DNA of 64,000 nucleotides from Mytilus galloprovincialis (Eukaryota): NCBI RefSeq assembly GCF_965363235.1, contig NC_134841.1, positions 74,781,723 to 74,845,722 of the forward strand, read 5' to 3'. Shown piece by piece: positions 61,324 to 64,000 of this stretch (position 1 is its first letter; each line of letters starts with the position of its first letter). The notes under the pieces were generated by a model. It saw only the letters and a program-made list of their open reading frames with translations, ran no database searches and was not told where the DNA came from. The position numbers and the translations under genes were made by a program.

Positions 61324-63281
61324 AGACAAAATTTCAATCCTTGGATCTATGATGAATTTATTTTCACATACTTACAATGAGTTTGCCTGGCCACGTAACA
61401 GAACAAACCAATGTGGCTGTATCCCCCTCAGTAACATATACTTCGTCTACTGAAGGTTCAATAACAGAAGTAGGGATATGTATCGCTGAAACTGTTAAAT
61501 TTGAAATACATTGATCAAGTTTATAGCAGTTGCAACATAAGTTTATATTTCATATCTAGAATTCGGGTATGATGTCGGTTGAGAACAAAACTTGAGGACA
61601 AACGAAATAACATCCAATTCTCACATTTCACGAACACCATCACGCGGATAATATCAGTTCCACAGAAGACGACAGAGGAGGTTCCGATTGTCGTAACCAC
61701 GATCGTGTTCTTTCTATCTCGAATGTGACCTACCAAATAAGACTTAATATATAAAAGAAGATGTGGTATGATTGCCAATGAGACAACTCTCAAAGGTTTA
61801 ACATGTATGGCGTTATAGCACAGGGTGTATTGTGTAATGTTGTATGGTGAATGAAGTAATGGTTTATTGTGTAAGTGGGAAGTTTACACTATGCAAAGAC
61901 TGTAGGATCAACATATATGTCCGAAGCACAATTGACCTCGTTTAATTAGTCTTAAAGGATTCGTGTTGCTCTTGCTTTAGTTGTCAGTCCTTTACTTTGT
62001 GATTTTGAATAGTGAAATGTTCTATCAGTAACAGTTTTGTCTGTCTAATTCCTGAAAATCGTTTGGTCAAATAAAACATTCAATATATATCAGTCAGTTT
62101 TAGGGTAAACAATCTTACATGACCTGCGATTTACGAAAAAAAGTAAAATCATAAAAATACCGAACTCCGAGGAAAATTCAAATGACAAAATCAGAAGCTC
62201 AAACATATCAAACGAATTGATTACTTTCATATTCTTGACATTGGTTGTATCTTACGGTTAGCTGCAAGTCCATTACCAATCCGTTTTGCCGGATGTTTAA
62301 AAGCCTGATATAGATTATGAAAATGTCTTAAAACGGCGAGTGTCTCAAGTGGAAAATTGTCTGTTTTCGAATCACCTGAGATTATACTGGTTTGGTTAAA
62401 TTCATGTTGCTCATTACATGATATTTTCAGTTTGTTTAAGGTTTATGACCTCCTTCTGTGGCCATATTTGTACGAACTTTTCAAACTCCAATTGTATCAA
62501 AACTACAGATATAATGTATAATAGAGATAGTTCATATTGTACATATACCAAAGGGAAACTTGATGAAAAGCATTATTATTTACTATTTTATCGCATTTGA
62601 TAGAAAAAGAGTAATTTATGGCGAATAAACCAAGATTTTTATAGAAAATCCACAGCCTTTAATACAGAGATTTGTGTAATAAAATTTGAAACATAGATTA
62701 CTCACTTGCTTTTCTATGATGTGTTAGTGTTTGTTTTTTACACAAAGTTCTAACTAACCTGTAAATTCCAAAATACCTTGTGCTGAGTCACTCAAGTCAA
62801 GCGCACCCTAAAAGGTGTACTTGATTTGGTCCATATTTTTATTTTTTTAACCAATAACTACATTAATAAACTTGTTTGAAGGAAATAAATGCTAGCATTA
62901 CATGCAATAATCCTATATCTATCTGTCATCAAATTGCCAAATATGAGAGTACAAGGATAAAGGTTGTGGATTTTTAAAATATTTTCGTATGTTTAGCAAT
63001 GAATCAACATAAGGGTACATAATCCTTAATGAGTTTGATATCATCTTTGGTATTTTCCAACTCTCTATTGTATGTAAGTTTGAACTGCAACATGCCTCTA
63101 TCAACTCTAAGAAATCCAACTTGTTATCAAATGGTTATCTTGTTATGTTTTTCAACAACAGAAATGGTACAATTGTTTTCAAGCGCCTCTGTTAACTCTC
63201 AAACGCGTAACTATGCATTAAATTCCAGCGCAAATAGATTACCTTCAAAGGGAACGCCATAACTTAGCTGTTTTGACTTTC

Positions 63282-63327
63282 ACATCACTGATGAGTTTTG
63301 TGTATCCGAAACGTTATCTGGCAGTCC
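63282..63327 (+). ncRNA. Hammerhead ribozyme motif, degenerate (CTGATGAG + GAAAC intact, helix II eroded)
   Basis: CACATCACTGATGAGTTTTGTGTATCCGAAACGTTATCTGGCAGTCC. Confidence 0.3.
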
Positions 63328-64000
63328 AATCTGTTAGCCTTGTATCTTTGATGCGTGTTAAGGTAACCACATGTTTTGTTTTTAATTTCTATAATCTAAC
63401 TGTGTGTAAGAAGTGACATAAAGTGTGAAAAAAAAAAAATAACATTTTATAAAATGTGCGCATCAAATGCGCTTTCTGAACTATTGAAATAGAATCACCT
63501 ATGATTGTTTCTAAATGCAATATAAATCCATATACATTGTATTACTTATTGTATCAGCATGCACGTAATGAAAAACAGATGGAGTAATTTTAATCGATTA
63601 TTCAGTGTCCATACGAATTACGGATACAAATGCATTAGCAATTCTCTTTATAACTTTTATATTTCTATGTGCCGTCATGCATTGTGCCGTCATACAGTTA
63701 TATATTTGCATTCAAACATTTACTGTAAGCTCAAGGTGTCTACACAATTTATGTTGATTTAATCTCGATGCTTGATTGCATTTTTAAAAATAACTGTTTA
63801 TTTATCTATTTTGTCCCCAACACACTTAACTTGACGCAGAAAATTGACAAAATTATGAAAAAAAAATATTGTTAATGGGGCTCTAGGGTATTAATCCATT
63901 TTTTAATGTGGGATTTCGCTATTTTTCCCCTTTAAATGAACTTTATCATATACTTGATAGAAAAATAAAATAAAAAAGTGGAGTCACTGTTCATTTAAGC

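Larger units (their letters stand above)
58550..61600. repeat. Segmental tandem duplication (~58550-59450 and ~60550-61600); second copy carries an extra HHR-containing insert (61130-61345)
   Basis: Colinear blocks ACAATGAAATAGTTAGTTTTACATGCGATTTAAG / ACAATGAAATAGTGAGCTTTACGTGCAATTTAAG; GGTTGTTTCGCTTTGACAATAAAAACCAAGCT / GGTTGTTTCCTTTCACAATAAATCCAAGCT; ..GCCTGGCCACTTAACAGAACAAACCAGTGTGGCTGTGTCCCCCTCAGTAACATATACTTC.. present in both. Confidence 0.6.

Noticed and set aside
63250-63275. GGAACGCCATAACTTAGCTG resembling the DNA-transposon terminus TATGGAACGCCGTAACTGCC next to a hammerhead motif
   Set aside because: Only ~14/15 nt similarity without an inverted partner or subrepeats; more likely part of the diverged HHR repeat unit (aligns with ..CAACTTTGTACTTGTTTGACTTT.. 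of other units).

Overview
AT-rich eukaryotic (metazoan) genomic DNA, most likely from a bivalve mollusc. The window holds two host genes and a dense nest of mobile elements. Host genes: (i) the last two coding exons of a PAOX/SMOX-like polyamine oxidase on the + strand (13444-13562 and 15718-15831); (ii) a minus-strand immunoglobulin-superfamily gene (lachesin/IgLON-like) with two paralogous V-like half-domain exons (59704-59914, 56722-56938) and a complete I-set Ig exon (about 50574-50859), lying inside a roughly 2-kb segmental duplication. Mobile elements: (a) a young LTR retrotransposon (40831-46918) with 608/612-bp LTRs about 99% identical, a 4-bp TTAT TSD, a tRNA-Pro primer-binding site, a polypurine tract and the order gag-PR-IN-RT-RNaseH, i.e. 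the Gmr1-like Ty3/gypsy arrangement; (b) a 3.8-kb DNA transposon (29378-33153) whose long terminal inverted repeats are built from 21-bp tandem subrepeats (foldback-like), encoding an integrase-fold DDE transposase with SAM-like and HTH N-terminal domains (one frameshift), flanked by a 6-bp TSD CGAAAC; (c) it is inserted exactly inside a hammerhead-ribozyme motif of a ~340-bp tandem repeat. Hammerhead ribozyme (HHR) motifs (CUGAUGA-stem-GAAAC) recur through the window: 2 intact, 1 mildly degenerate, and many decayed copies (23221-28100, 33455, 57846, 61277, 63282), forming retrozyme/Penelope-like tandem arrays. There is also a degenerate Penelope-like reverse-transcriptase remnant (48420-48762) with an associated interspersed repeat family (22640-23660, 48763-49320), a two-copy MITE-like palindromic family (13189-13355, 38186-38330), microsatellites ((TATC)~67, (AT)~30), a ~39-bp minisatellite, and a diverged ~965-bp tandem duplication. 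No prokaryotic-style operons or CRISPR arrays are present. Most ORFs in the six-frame track are translations of AT-rich or repetitive DNA.
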